This document shows, piece by piece, positions 8,708 through 17,522 of a stretch of DNA of 64,000 nucleotides (the first letter of the stretch is position 1; each line of letters begins with the position of its first letter). The DNA is taken from IMG/VR virus record IMGVR_UViG_3300037755_000757, positions 952 to 64,951 of that record; one strand, written 5' to 3'. Position numbers and translations under genes: made by a program. The notes below the pieces were generated by a model. That model was not told the origin of the DNA. It ran no database searches and was given only the letters and a program-made list of their open reading frames with translations. This stretch comes from a virus.

Positions 8708-9136
8708 TTATATCCCACCCAAGAACTTGCCGAACGACAGGTCCACAGATTTGCCATCGGCAATCTGTTTCTCCAGCAGTTCCACGTCCAGGTTATCCGT
8801 AACGTAGAACCTGTAACGACGCCCCATCAGTTCGTCCATGGTTGTCTTCAGACTGTAGAACTCAGCCGCTGTGACCGTATGAGTTCCTTCCCAGGAACCC
8901 TTCCAGTAGTGACCTTTGTTGCAGACGAGCACTTGCTCGTTTGCCCCCTTACCCCAATGCGCTTCCCACGTAGAAAATACGTAGTGATGACGATGGGGAA
9001 CACGGTCCTTGATAAGCTCACCGTTCCACTTCAGGAACACGGTTTCGTCACGAGTCTCGAAAGCATCGCCATGAATCCAGGCATTCCACGGATCAACGTA
9101 GCACGTCGCTCCAGTCTTGATACACTTGATTGACAT
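8708..9136 (-). CDS. hypothetical protein
   Basis: AAAGGAGACC RBS, hairpin and promoter directly upstream. Confidence 0.75.
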   Translation of the reverse strand: MSIKCIKTGATCYVDPWNAWIHGDAFETRDETVFLKWNGELIKDRVPHRHHYVFSTWEAHWGKGANEQVLVCNKGHYWKGSWEGTHTVTAAEFYSLKTTMDELMGRRYRFYVTDNLDVELLEKQIADGKSVDLSFGKFLGGI

Positions 9137-9183
9137 TGTGAGTGGTCTCCTTTACGCCCGGACCCTTGTCAGGGCGTATTGTT

Positions 9184-9212
9184 ACCATACCACGCCCCCA
9201 TGCAAAAGACAA
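9184..9212 (-). promoter_or_regulatory. promoter TTGTCT-N17-TATGGT
   Basis: Same TTGTCTTTTG...GTGGTA architecture as 749-777. Confidence 0.7.
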
Positions 9213-9227
9213 CCAAACTTAATCAGC

Positions 9228-9536
9228 TTACAAGAAGTGATCCATCTCCAACAACCTGCTGACCCTTTCTCCTTCACTACCACAGGGCGAGAGAGCCGCC
9301 AAGGCGTCCATCTCGCCCTGCTCACCACCAGCGAAAACTTCCCGCTGGTGCTCCGTAAGCGAACCGAGCCATCTGTCAAGCTGCATGACATCGTGCTCGT
9401 CAACTCCGTCAGCGAACAAGCATTCTTCTGCTTGTTCTAACGCGTCCCTTTCCGACCTCATCATGTTGATCCCGCCGATATCGTACTCAATATTCAGCAC
9501 GACCTCGCGGATCCACGGATACTTGTCAAGCTTCAC
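9228..9536 (-). CDS. hypothetical protein, C-terminus similar in style to 8176-8661 (WLxSLTxxQRxV/I)
   Basis: Shared 'WLSSLTDVQRDIL'/'WLGSLTEHQREVF' motif. Confidence 0.6.
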   Translation of the reverse strand: MKLDKYPWIREVVLNIEYDIGGINMMRSERDALEQAEECLFADGVDEHDVMQLDRWLGSLTEHQREVFAGGEQGEMDALAALSPCGSEGERVSRLLEMDHFL

Positions 9537-10123
9537 CGTTTAACTCCTGGTCCTATGTCGTATCTGTTTAAAACTCGACGAACGCTCACCCCATAAGTTT
9601 TCGTTGCATCGTCTAGAGCATTCTCGATCTGCTCCCGGAGGTCCCCCTCCTTGGGCAAATAGGCCGACGCGTCTCCGAGAAGTTGGAGCACGCCGAGGTA
9701 TCGCATGTAGAGACCGACGTCGTCGCGGAGCTTGTCGAGATGTTTCCCTAAATGCTTGTCAACGATATCGGCCAGATGCAGGTCTCTGTCCCACTCCAGA
9801 TCGCCGTGCTTCTCGCACAGCCGATGAAGAGCTACGAGTGCTTCTTCCCGTTCCACAGCGAGACGAGCCAGTTTTTCTTCGCCATATCCCAGGTTTTTGA
9901 GACAGTGACCGAGGACGTTCTTGTATGCGGCAGCGTATCCCTGAAGGAAGCTTATGTGGTCTCCCAGTTCAACGCATCTCGCCTCCTCCCCAACTCGCCC
10001 AAGGAAGGCCGTGGTCCCTTGCTCTGACCACACCTCACCCGCTGGTTCCCTTGGGCCGTATCGGGAGGCGTCAACCTTGTTCGCAATGAACCAGTTGTCG
10101 CTGCCTAGATTGATAGCGTACAT
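9533..10123 (-). CDS. hypothetical protein
   Basis: GGAGGA RBS, packed ORF. Confidence 0.7.
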   Translation of the reverse strand: MYAINLGSDNWFIANKVDASRYGPREPAGEVWSEQGTTAFLGRVGEEARCVELGDHISFLQGYAAAYKNVLGHCLKNLGYGEEKLARLAVEREEALVALHRLCEKHGDLEWDRDLHLADIVDKHLGKHLDKLRDDVGLYMRYLGVLQLLGDASAYLPKEGDLREQIENALDDATKTYGVSVRRVLNRYDIGPGVKR

Positions 10124-10350
10124 TAATCCTCCGTTATGTTTCTGGGTGAAAATGTTTCACCAGCCGGACCAACACACAAGACAGCGACATTCGCTTGAGC
10201 TTCGTGCATCATGCGAACTGTGATCTTGCACTGCGCTTCTGTCAATCCATTTACTATCTTCAAATCAGAATTCCCGAGTCCCGTGGCTATCATGACTATC
10301 ATCATCCAGGACATTTTCAAAATCTCCCTCTGCGAATTTGGTCCAGCCAT
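10123..10350 (-). CDS. small hypothetical protein, hydrophobic N-terminus
   Basis: 1 bp overlap with the downstream gene. Confidence 0.5.
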   Translation of the reverse strand: MAGPNSQREILKMSWMMIVMIATGLGNSDLKIVNGLTEAQCKITVRMMHEAQANVAVLCVGPAGETFSPRNITED

Positions 10351-10498
10351 GCGTCAGCTCCTTGGGCAAATGGAGCGGGGTGAACTGGACTTCTATGAAT
10401 CCCTCTTGTCCGCACTTTCGTGCGATAGCGTTGCACCCTTTCAACTCTGGATCATCACCACAGTATGTCACTATCTCGAGATTCGCTTTATTTGTCAT
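10265..10498 (-). CDS. hypothetical protein
   Basis: Packed ORF. Confidence 0.45.
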   Translation of the reverse strand: MTNKANLEIVTYCGDDPELKGCNAIARKCGQEGFIEVQFTPLHLPKELTHGWTKFAEGDFENVLDDDSHDSHGTREF

Positions 10499-10685
10499 CC
10501 GGATGCCCCGGTATCCACTCTCCCTCGCCCACCCGCCGAAATGCTCGCTTACTGCTGAATATCGGCTCGTCCATAGGACCTTGCGCGAAATCCACCGTCA
10601 GCGGACGATGACGAAACCTCCCATCACCAGTGTTGTACTGAACTTCGTACGAACTGCCGACCGTCGTAGCATCTATCCAGCTCAC
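10488..10685 (-). CDS. hypothetical protein
   Basis: Packed ORF, ATGA-type overlap. Confidence 0.55.
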   Translation of the reverse strand: MSWIDATTVGSSYEVQYNTGDGRFRHRPLTVDFAQGPMDEPIFSSKRAFRRVGEGEWIPGHPDDK

Positions 10686-11071
10686 AGGAACTCCACCGTT
10701 TCTCCCAGAGACGCAGCCTGTCTCAGTCCTTTGATGAACGTGTCCGTCGTTTCCTTCTGATCGTGTGGGATATCCAGGGACTGCAATCTGTCAGCGATCG
10801 GTCCAGCTAAGTCGGGATCAATAGTTCCCTCGCAGTCCGAGTGAACGAACAAGACCACTAATGGATCTTCAGGAGTCTTCTCCCATTTTCCGTTCAACGT
10901 GTCGTCAGTAAAGAGATCAAAGTCAATATTCGCGACTTCCATTTCGTAATTTCCGAGACCAGTGGCAACTTTCTTTAGACCGTATCCCGCCGCGATAGCC
11001 AGCATATTCCTCCACCTGTTAAATCTTCCGTAACTACCGTCAAAGCAACCGTGTGTCAGATTAAGTCCCAT
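10682..11071 (-). CDS. conserved phage protein (MGLNLTHGCFDGSYGRFNRWR...HSDCEG)
   Basis: Start moved to 11071 on AAGGAG RBS; motif familiar from phage hypotheticals. Confidence 0.7.
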   Translation of the reverse strand: MGLNLTHGCFDGSYGRFNRWRNMLAIAAGYGLKKVATGLGNYEMEVANIDFDLFTDDTLNGKWEKTPEDPLVVLFVHSDCEGTIDPDLAGPIADRLQSLDIPHDQKETTDTFIKGLRQAASLGETVEFL

Positions 11072-11661
11072 TTTCTCTTCTCCTTTGCTAATCTCTTTAT
11101 CCAGCGAGGCAGATTCCAGGCTCCTTGGACTTGGGCATGCTTCTGATACCGAGTAATCAACTGCATGTGAAGATGCTGCAACCCTTCGTTTCCGGCACAG
11201 TAGATGTCGTGCCACGCTAGATCCCATCGCCTATCGCCCGGATCCCACGTCAGGGCATCCGCGAGGTGTACTTTCACTCGCGGATTATCCTTAAATTCCG
11301 CACCAAAGTGGGTCGCGATAGATGCGTCTATTTCCACGACGTCAATGTGCTGGACATCTTCCTTCGTCAAGCACATCCTCACGAAACAGCCAAGACCGAG
11401 GCCCGTTTTTAAAATTCGCCCAGAGGCAAATTTTACCGCCTGCAAGTGACGCGAAAGTTCGGCGTCACTGTCCTCCATGACGGTGTACCCTCCGTATCCG
11501 TCATCATTTACAGTATGAAGTCCGTGCACGCATACGTGCGAAAGATGCGCAACGCCGCATCTCTCGTGGGCATTCATCAAACCATAGCGCCACGGAAACA
11601 GGTCTCGCGGCGCTTTCCCAGCTTCAATTAAGCTTTGTCTGTCCATCCAGAATGTCCGCAC
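11056..11661 (-). CDS. class I SAM-dependent methyltransferase, spermidine-synthase-like
   Basis: 'ILKTGLGLG...IDVVEID...HLADAL...DLAWHDI' Rossmann motifs. Confidence 0.75.
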   Translation of the reverse strand: MRTFWMDRQSLIEAGKAPRDLFPWRYGLMNAHERCGVAHLSHVCVHGLHTVNDDGYGGYTVMEDSDAELSRHLQAVKFASGRILKTGLGLGCFVRMCLTKEDVQHIDVVEIDASIATHFGAEFKDNPRVKVHLADALTWDPGDRRWDLAWHDIYCAGNEGLQHLHMQLITRYQKHAQVQGAWNLPRWIKRLAKEKRKWDLI

Positions 11662-11890
11662 CTTCGTTCAGCAGTTGGGCAAGAGTTCGGGCTTGATCAG
11701 CGGTAAACGTTGTTGCGATATCTCCGTGTTCCACCACTACTGCGCTAGGACTGACTGATACGACATATTTGTGATCCGATATTCTTATCGCATCACTGAA
11801 CAGACTCAGGATCGCGTCCACCATATGCTTCGCGTACGGAGCGTTAACGTTGATCGCTGGACTCAGGATTTTTTCTATCTTTTCTCGCAT
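11624..11890 (-). CDS. hypothetical protein
   Basis: Packed ORF. Confidence 0.55.
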   Translation of the reverse strand: MREKIEKILSPAINVNAPYAKHMVDAILSLFSDAIRISDHKYVVSVSPSAVVVEHGDIATTFTADQARTLAQLLNEGADILDGQTKLN

Positions 11891-12135
11891 GGTGACACCT
11901 TGTCGTGTGGAACAGCCCAGAGAACGTGTCCATCCTTACACTTCAGGAATTCAAAGACATGCTCTGTCCTTAGCGTGTCGGGGTCAACCTTGAAGTAGTA
12001 GTCTCGTTGTCCACGGAAAACCGGCTGGAGTGCTATTCCAGTCGGTTTTCCGTCACTTCCTACTAAAAAACACTCAGCCATCACGCCACCATCATTACAA
12101 TCTCTTCGGCCCCAAACACGGTTCTCTGTCCGCAC
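11875..12135 (-). CDS. hypothetical protein (start probably 12081)
   Basis: Packed ORF. Confidence 0.5.
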   Translation of the reverse strand: MRTENRVWGRRDCNDGGVMAECFLVGSDGKPTGIALQPVFRGQRDYYFKVDPDTLRTEHVFEFLKCKDGHVLWAVPHDKVSPCEKR

Positions 12136-12311
12136 TCGTCACACGGATAATTCCGCGCATCCGGCTCGCAACCATCTCTCTCAGCGCCGCACGATATGCA
12201 AAAGTCAGGATTATCAAGAGAAGTATCCCGCCTTTTGCAGGCCTCTATGACTTCGTCAACATCCAGGATTCCATCCTGGATGGCTTTCTTCACGTCATTG
12301 CTGGTTCCCAT
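12081..12311 (-). CDS. Zn-ribbon protein
   Basis: CISC...EPDARNYPCDECG motif. Confidence 0.75.
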   Translation of the reverse strand: MGTSNDVKKAIQDGILDVDEVIEACKRRDTSLDNPDFCISCGAERDGCEPDARNYPCDECGQRTVFGAEEIVMMVA

Positions 12312-13129
12312 TGACAGACCTCCATTCTCTGTTTGATCCAGTTAGCAACCGAGCCGTCTATTTTCTTGACATAGGAGACCCCGAACTTGAGCGCCCCTTT
12401 CTGCCCAGGAGGGCAGACCGCAAATCCGATATTGTTCAGGAACTTCCCAAATTGTCGATCAATATCCTTGACGTCGGACTGCTCCAGTACGGTGTGAACT
12501 GACGGAATTCCGGTGTGTCCCTTTTCGTAAACCACAATTCGGTGAATTCCCTCCAGCGGCCTGAATTCGTGGTCCAGCGCCATAGTCGTGTCCGCCTCCG
12601 GAATCACGCTGTCCGCCACAGTCGGCTGAGGCAGAGCCGGATGAAAGACAAATCCGTTACTACAGACCTCGACGGAGTCCACCTTTCGAATCCGCCCTCC
12701 AACCTTCACGAAAACCTCAGCTTCCGGCTTTTTCAGCAGTTCCAGCATCATTTCGCGTGATTTCATTTCTTCTTCGACCTCTGTTTCCGAGCCTGCTCCG
12801 CCTGCAATCTTTCGTTCAGCCTCGCAGCTCTCACGTTGAGATCCTTCCTCGCCATTTTCGAGTAGCGAGTATCGTGTTTGGCTCTTCTCCTGGCAGCCAT
12901 CGCCTGTTTCGTTCCGCTCATCTCTCTTCTCCAACAAATAATTCAGACATTTTTGTCCAGCGTGAAGCTCGCAAAGCTTCACGCTTCCTACCACGAATTT
13001 TGCAGTCCTTCGGCAACCGCGAAACTCGTGATACTTCGATCCAACCCCGTACTTGCTGACCTCCGCCTCGCACCAGTCCCTGAACATGTGACGCAGGTGC
13101 TCCTGGTCATACTTCTCAACCTTAATCAT
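12290..13129 (-). CDS. hypothetical protein; probably two domains/genes joined in frame (second start 12766)
   Basis: Linker region overlaps an alternative-frame ORF. Confidence 0.55.
   Translation of the reverse strand: MIKVEKYDQEHLRHMFRDWCEAEVSKYGVGSKYHEFRGCRRTAKFVVGSVKLCELHAGQKCLNYLLEKRDERNETGDGCQEKSQTRYSLLENGEEGSQRESCEAERKIAGGAGSETEVEEEMKSREMMLELLKKPEAEVFVKVGGRIRKVDSVEVCSNGFVFHPALPQPTVADSVIPEADTTMALDHEFRPLEGIHRIVVYEKGHTGIPSVHTVLEQSDVKDIDRQFGKFLNNIGFAVCPPGQKGALKFGVSYVKKIDGSVANWIKQRMEVCQWEPAMT
12763..12921 (-). CDS. 52 aa basic peptide nested in alternative frame (MSGTKQAMAARRRAKHDTRYSKMARK...)
   Basis: Manual translation; GAAGAGAG RBS-like sequence; stop overlaps ATG at 12766 (ATGA). Confidence 0.5.
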   Translation of the reverse strand: MSGTKQAMAARRRAKHDTRYSKMARKDLNVRAARLNERLQAEQARKQRSKKK

Positions 13130-13352
13130 GATTCAGAAAACTGTGATGAATGGTGACGACAGTCCTGTTTCCGTCCCACAAAACGCGGATTTTGCTCCGC
13201 GACCTGGAGACGACCGCTCCCCTCCTGGGCAACTGGGACGTGTGCTTGGCCTGAGGGAAAGTGACCGAGTACAGATCATTCGTTTTTACTCGGTCTCCAA
13301 CGGACAACTTGTTGGCCGTTTCACGATCCATAGCGAAACTCCACCCACCCAC
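13122..13352 (-). CDS. SH3/KOW-like small protein
   Basis: 'LSVGDRVK...RGAVV...IRVLWDG' pattern. Confidence 0.55.
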   Translation of the reverse strand: MGGWSFAMDRETANKLSVGDRVKTNDLYSVTFPQAKHTSQLPRRGAVVSRSRSKIRVLWDGNRTVVTIHHSFLNHD

Positions 13353-13662
13353 TCATCCCACCGAAGCCATTCTTGGCGTTTACCAGCCCCGATATGCTTC
13401 CATCAGGATTGACCACTACTTCGCGGAACTGCGCGCTTCGAGAATCGCGCAGTGTGTCCTTGTACCGACTGATCATAATCTGCCGGTAAACCTGACCATC
13501 CAGCGAAGCAGTTTTCCGTTCCCACTTCCAATTCCAAGGAGCGAGCACCTGAGATGGGGAAGTCTCAGGTGCTCCTCCCTCACGTTCGAGGGGTTTAGAA
13601 TCGAACGCGAAACTGATGGCCGCTACGGAGGCGAGTCCTATCCAAATGTATTTCATTGTCAT
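13321..13662 (-). CDS. exported/membrane protein with GxVNAKNxFGG motif
   Basis: Signal-like N-terminus; 'LRDSRSAQF...GLVNAKNGFGGMSGW'. Confidence 0.65.
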   Translation of the reverse strand: MTMKYIWIGLASVAAISFAFDSKPLEREGGAPETSPSQVLAPWNWKWERKTASLDGQVYRQIMISRYKDTLRDSRSAQFREVVVNPDGSISGLVNAKNGFGGMSGWVEFRYGS

Positions 13663-13988
13663 GGTTCCAATTCGTATGTTTTGAACTCTGCCCAGGAGGA
13701 GTATCTCCGACCCCAGAGCGTTTTTCCGTCAACCACGAGTGCTGGACCATCCTTGGGATGATTGTCCATCAGAGTGCACCAGCACACGATTTCTCGGTTT
13801 ACCATTTTCAGGTAAACTGGTTCGTAAAAATCTGGTCCTAGCCCGGGTGCCTGAATCCGGACTACTTCCTCGTCATACATGAAAGGTAGCCCGAACCCTA
13901 GATTCGGACGACTTATAGTGAACGAAGTTAACAACAGAATAAGGCTCCTGTTTTCCTCCGATATATCTCTTACGAGTATGTCTTTCAT
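13659..13988 (-). CDS. hypothetical protein
   Basis: Packed ORF. Confidence 0.55.
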   Translation of the reverse strand: MKDILVRDISEENRSLILLLTSFTISRPNLGFGLPFMYDEEVVRIQAPGLGPDFYEPVYLKMVNREIVCWCTLMDNHPKDGPALVVDGKTLWGRRYSSWAEFKTYELEP

Positions 13989-13989
13989 G

Positions 13990-14709
13990 TCAGTAGTTCC
14001 TTGACGAGTGTTGCGTAACGCGCCAGTAACCCGATCCTAATCGGGTGATATTCCCGGCGCGGTAACTCCGGCAACCGCAGCAGTCATATTCGTGCGAACA
14101 GCCCCACGCAGTAAAGTGATCGCGAAGCGCAGACTTTACTGCTTCTTCTTCCTCCCCGCTGTAGACCTTCACGAACAACGTTGTCGTGCAAGGCTCACAC
14201 GGATCTTCCGGATCCACCTCATCGCCCAAGGTGCTCGTCGCCTCTATCAGCATCCTACCGACATACTCGTGCTGATCAAGATGCTTCCACGAGCCAACAT
14301 ACCCGTGAGTCAGCCGCCGCTCCAGTATCTCACCGGGCAGCGCCCTGACGTGATCGTCATGATAAGGAGGATCATACAAAGAAAAACCGAACATTCCGTG
14401 CAGCCAACCCTGAAATTCGTTGACAAACATGGCAGCAAGCTGATCGGTTTCGATGCCCTCGCTCTTGATCGTCGTCAGGAGTTCCAACCACGATGCCGAA
14501 GTCATATTCTTGCGCCACCAGTCCCGCGTTTCTTGCGATTCCCACAAAACGTCGTGAAGTTGACCGTGTTCCTTGGTCACGGCGAACGGCCACGTGTCGG
14601 CAACGCCGATGATATTGCCAATGACCAAGATATCACCCTTCTTGACATCTACATCGCACTGAGTTGCGTCATACGCGCTTTCAGTGCTCTTAAATCTGTG
14701 TACAGTCAT
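13990..14709 (-). CDS. hypothetical protein with C-terminal CSHEYDCCGC motif
   Basis: Start at 14709 on AAAGGAGACC RBS; N-terminal 'STESAYDATQCD' phage motif. Confidence 0.7.
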   Translation of the reverse strand: MTVHRFKSTESAYDATQCDVDVKKGDILVIGNIIGVADTWPFAVTKEHGQLHDVLWESQETRDWWRKNMTSASWLELLTTIKSEGIETDQLAAMFVNEFQGWLHGMFGFSLYDPPYHDDHVRALPGEILERRLTHGYVGSWKHLDQHEYVGRMLIEATSTLGDEVDPEDPCEPCTTTLFVKVYSGEEEEAVKSALRDHFTAWGCSHEYDCCGCRSYRAGNITRLGSGYWRVTQHSSRNY

Positions 14710-14814
14710 ATTGGTCTCCTTTGTGTGTGCTGGAGGCGCTTGGCAGCGGGCCACCATAGGGCAGGCCACCATCCAAGCGCCGCTCGAGCATGCTTAGCGG
14801 CCTCCCTAGGCCGT

Positions 14815-15060
14815 CTAAAAGTGTTGCACAGTGCTAAGCACGCGGCTGGCCGTAATACGACCGACGCGTTGATCACCGCAGTACACATCTTCAATGAAAT
14901 TGCTCACCTTTTTGAAAGTGATCTCATTGTCTGATTGCATGCACTGCGAAGCCGTAACGCGCCATGATTCACGAGCGAGCTCTGGGTTGTTGAACACACC
15001 TCCGATTTCGTTTTCCTCGTTTTCCGCAGGAAGATAAGAAATCGCTACATAGACATCCAT
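14815..15060 (-). CDS. hypothetical protein
   Basis: AAAGGAGACCAAAATG RBS preceded by conserved hairpin. Confidence 0.7.
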   Translation of the reverse strand: MDVYVAISYLPAENEENEIGGVFNNPELARESWRVTASQCMQSDNEITFKKVSNFIEDVYCGDQRVGRITASRVLSTVQHF

Positions 15061-15185
15061 TTTGGTCTCCTTTATCTCCCGACCCTTGTCGGGCGATACC
15101 GACTTTTACTGAGTCCTATGCGTGCATTGGACCCTACCACTATAATGCCAAAATTTTGTCAATTTGACAAGCGCATTATTTCCGC

Positions 15186-15428
15186 TTACACCTTCCTCAT
15201 CACCATGTCAGGCTTCGCCAGCGCCATCGCCTGCATGAACTCGTTCCTATCCTGTTCAGTCTGAAAGTATAAACATAGAGGAAGAGTATCTTCCAAGCTT
15301 TCGTGCTGCGCTCTGCCGATCTCTGACACCACGAACTCCGTGATATTATCCACAAGACTATTTTCGGTGTAAAGCTTATCTATAGCAAATCGTCTGCATC
15401 TTTCTCTGAGCGTCACAGCTTCCTCCAC
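15186..15428 (-). CDS. hypothetical protein
   Basis: Packed ORF. Confidence 0.6.
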   Translation of the reverse strand: MEEAVTLRERCRRFAIDKLYTENSLVDNITEFVVSEIGRAQHESLEDTLPLCLYFQTEQDRNEFMQAMALAKPDMVMRKV

Positions 15429-15853
15429 ATAAAATTCTTCAGCATCTCAAAATGATCAAACGCCATTTCGTCCTGCATCAAGTGATACGCGCTCTTCCAA
15501 GCCACCGACGCGGCGTCGTCCCCCGCTGTCGCCTTGGGCTTGATTGTGAGAATGGAATAGAATACTAAGGAGACGACCCGCCCGCGAGGATCACGGTCGG
15601 GTCGGGACCACTGCCCAAGGAGATCCAGGGTGCCAAGGGGTAGGCGGACTGAAGTCTCCTCCAAGAGTTCTCTGTAAGCAGCCTCCTCAATAGTTTCGTC
15701 TGGATCAACGTAACCTCCAGGAAAGGCGATCATGCCTTTGTATGGATCGTTGCGCCTCCTGGTAGTCAGGATCGTTGCGTCTGGAATATGACAAAGAATC
15801 ACATCCACACAGATATACATTGGAGTCGGTATACTCATTTCCACCCCCACCAT
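15413..15853 (-). CDS. Nudix hydrolase (ADP-ribose pyrophosphatase-like)
   Basis: Nudix box 'FPGGYVDPDETIEEAAYRELLEETS' and 'RDPRGRVVS'. Confidence 0.9.
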   Translation of the reverse strand: MVGVEMSIPTPMYICVDVILCHIPDATILTTRRRNDPYKGMIAFPGGYVDPDETIEEAAYRELLEETSVRLPLGTLDLLGQWSRPDRDPRGRVVSLVFYSILTIKPKATAGDDAASVAWKSAYHLMQDEMAFDHFEMLKNFMWRKL

Positions 15854-16575
15854 TCGCGATGCGCATCCACAAGGAAGTTGTCAACGACTGCGACATCTAC
15901 TTTCTTGTCGCAGTCGTTAATCAAATCCTTGAGCTGCGACTCCAACTGATCAATTATTCTCATGACTCTTGTGAAAGATACTTCACCTTTCTTTATCGCC
16001 AGCACAAAGGCTCTCTCACCCTCCAGCATAGGCAGAGTCATTCGTCCTTCGGTCAGCAGCTCTATTCCCTGGAAACCGAGCCGCACGGCGTGCGATGCGA
16101 ACTTGGTATCAAATCCAAATTTCTCCACCAGTTCAGGCCGACTAACTTTCGGACTGCGATTACCCAACAGCTTCTCCCTCTGGGCGATCAGGTAGCCCAG
16201 GAAGCGACGACCTGACTCCTTGCTGATGAGAGATTCCCGCATACTTATCAACCTCTCCCCAACGGGAGTTGTCGATAAGTACTCAGGAAGCCAGAGCAGA
16301 ATAATCACACTTGGATTTCCCTTGACTGCCAGCCTGCAAAACTTTCGCAAGCTGTACATCGTCAGGTCAAGATCTCCAGGCTGACTACGAACATGGGCAG
16401 GCTGACTCCTTTCGATCAGGTGATCTAAGGAAGTCAGCCCGCAGACACGATCAGGAGGTTCAATGAACACGCCCATCTCGTCTCTGTCGTCGGTCCCCTC
16501 TATGGCCGTTCCGAGCGCGCCGGAGCCGACTACTCCTCTTAGAATTTCGTTAGAACGAACTATTACGTTTTTCAT
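15835..16575 (-). CDS. DNA polymerase beta-superfamily nucleotidyltransferase (YcgL/RlaP-like)
   Basis: 'VVGSGALG...DDRDEMGVF...YSLRKFCRLAVKGNPS'. Confidence 0.85.
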   Translation of the reverse strand: MKNVIVRSNEILRGVVGSGALGTAIEGTDDRDEMGVFIEPPDRVCGLTSLDHLIERSQPAHVRSQPGDLDLTMYSLRKFCRLAVKGNPSVIILLWLPEYLSTTPVGERLISMRESLISKESGRRFLGYLIAQREKLLGNRSPKVSRPELVEKFGFDTKFASHAVRLGFQGIELLTEGRMTLPMLEGERAFVLAIKKGEVSFTRVMRIIDQLESQLKDLINDCDKKVDVAVVDNFLVDAHREWWGWK

Positions 16576-16931
16576 TAGTGAGCTCCTGATCCATGCGGTG
16601 TCACCTTAGACAGCGCATCTCTTCTCATGTAGGTTTCTGTCACATGACCAAGAAGTTTTGCCTGAGCTCTTGTTACGTTGTTCATGGATCTAAGTTCTTT
16701 AAGAATTCTCTTGAGTGTTTCATGAATAACAATAAGAATTATGATGCAGATGAACAGCAACCCTAGAATCGGATTGCTGTACGTCAGCAAGATCACAAAT
16801 ACCAGAAGCCCAATTTCCCATCTCTCCTCCCAAAGGAAACGTCCGGCGGACACGACCGATCTAACCAATCCACGGCCGAGGAGAGCAATCCTAATCCTTC
16901 CGCGTCGTAGTCTTCGTCTGATATCGGGCAA
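16575..16931 (-). CDS. small membrane protein (start probably GTG near 16796)
   Basis: Hydrophobic stretch 'ILGLLFICIIILIVI'. Confidence 0.45.
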   Translation of the reverse strand: MPDIRRRLRRGRIRIALLGRGLVRSVVSAGRFLWEERWEIGLLVFVILLTYSNPILGLLFICIIILIVIHETLKRILKELRSMNNVTRAQAKLLGHVTETYMRRDALSKVTPHGSGAH

Positions 16932-17116
16932 CAGCAGTACTCCTCACCGTATGATGTCTGACCCTTGAGCCAAGCCTCTACTTCAAAACTAAACGCGCGA
17001 CGGTCTGTCGCGTATTTTTTCACTTCCTCGTTAAGAGCTTCGAGGACTTTTGGCATAGGAGCGGTCGCAGATACGACCGCCCCCATCCCAATGACGTTTC
17101 CGTTGATCCTGGGCAT
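16793..17116 (-). CDS. hypothetical protein
   Basis: C-terminal 'FGRRDGKLGFW' motif seen in phage proteins. Confidence 0.55.
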   Translation of the reverse strand: MPRINGNVIGMGAVVSATAPMPKVLEALNEEVKKYATDRRAFSFEVEAWLKGQTSYGEEYCCCPISDEDYDAEGLGLLSSAVDWLDRSCPPDVSFGRRDGKLGFWYL

Positions 17117-17508
17117 TACAACTTCGCGAGTTCCGCCTTCAGGTCTTCCTCGGACATGTTAGCCAAAGCTCCTTCCTGCTTCTGTTCCAGAGCAGCAAGG
17201 AGCTTCTGCTTCCGAACGGCATTTGCCGAAGCTTCCTCCGCCTTTTTCTTTTCGTCCAGCTTGACGGAGATGATGTGTTTGACGATCTTGAGCTTTAGCT
17301 CCAGCTCGGCCTTCTCTGGATCAGGACGAGTCTCGACAAAGCTGACCTCCTCCTTACCCTTGAGATCATTGTAGATACCGCGAGCAAGGTGATCCAGATT
17401 TGGTTTCTTAAAACCGGCGGTAAGAGGAAGGTCCCACAGATCTTCTGCGCTGAGAAGACCGACGGATGAAGCGAACCTCAGTTTCTGGCGTGTAGCTTTT
17501 TCAAACAT
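17116..17508 (-). CDS. conserved phage coiled-coil protein
   Basis: 'FEKATRQKLRF.S..G.LSAEDLWDLPL' family. Confidence 0.8.
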   Translation of the reverse strand: MFEKATRQKLRFASSVGLLSAEDLWDLPLTAGFKKPNLDHLARGIYNDLKGKEEVSFVETRPDPEKAELELKLKIVKHIISVKLDEKKKAEEASANAVRKQKLLAALEQKQEGALANMSEEDLKAELAKL

Positions 17509-17522
17509 GACAGTGAAAATCC

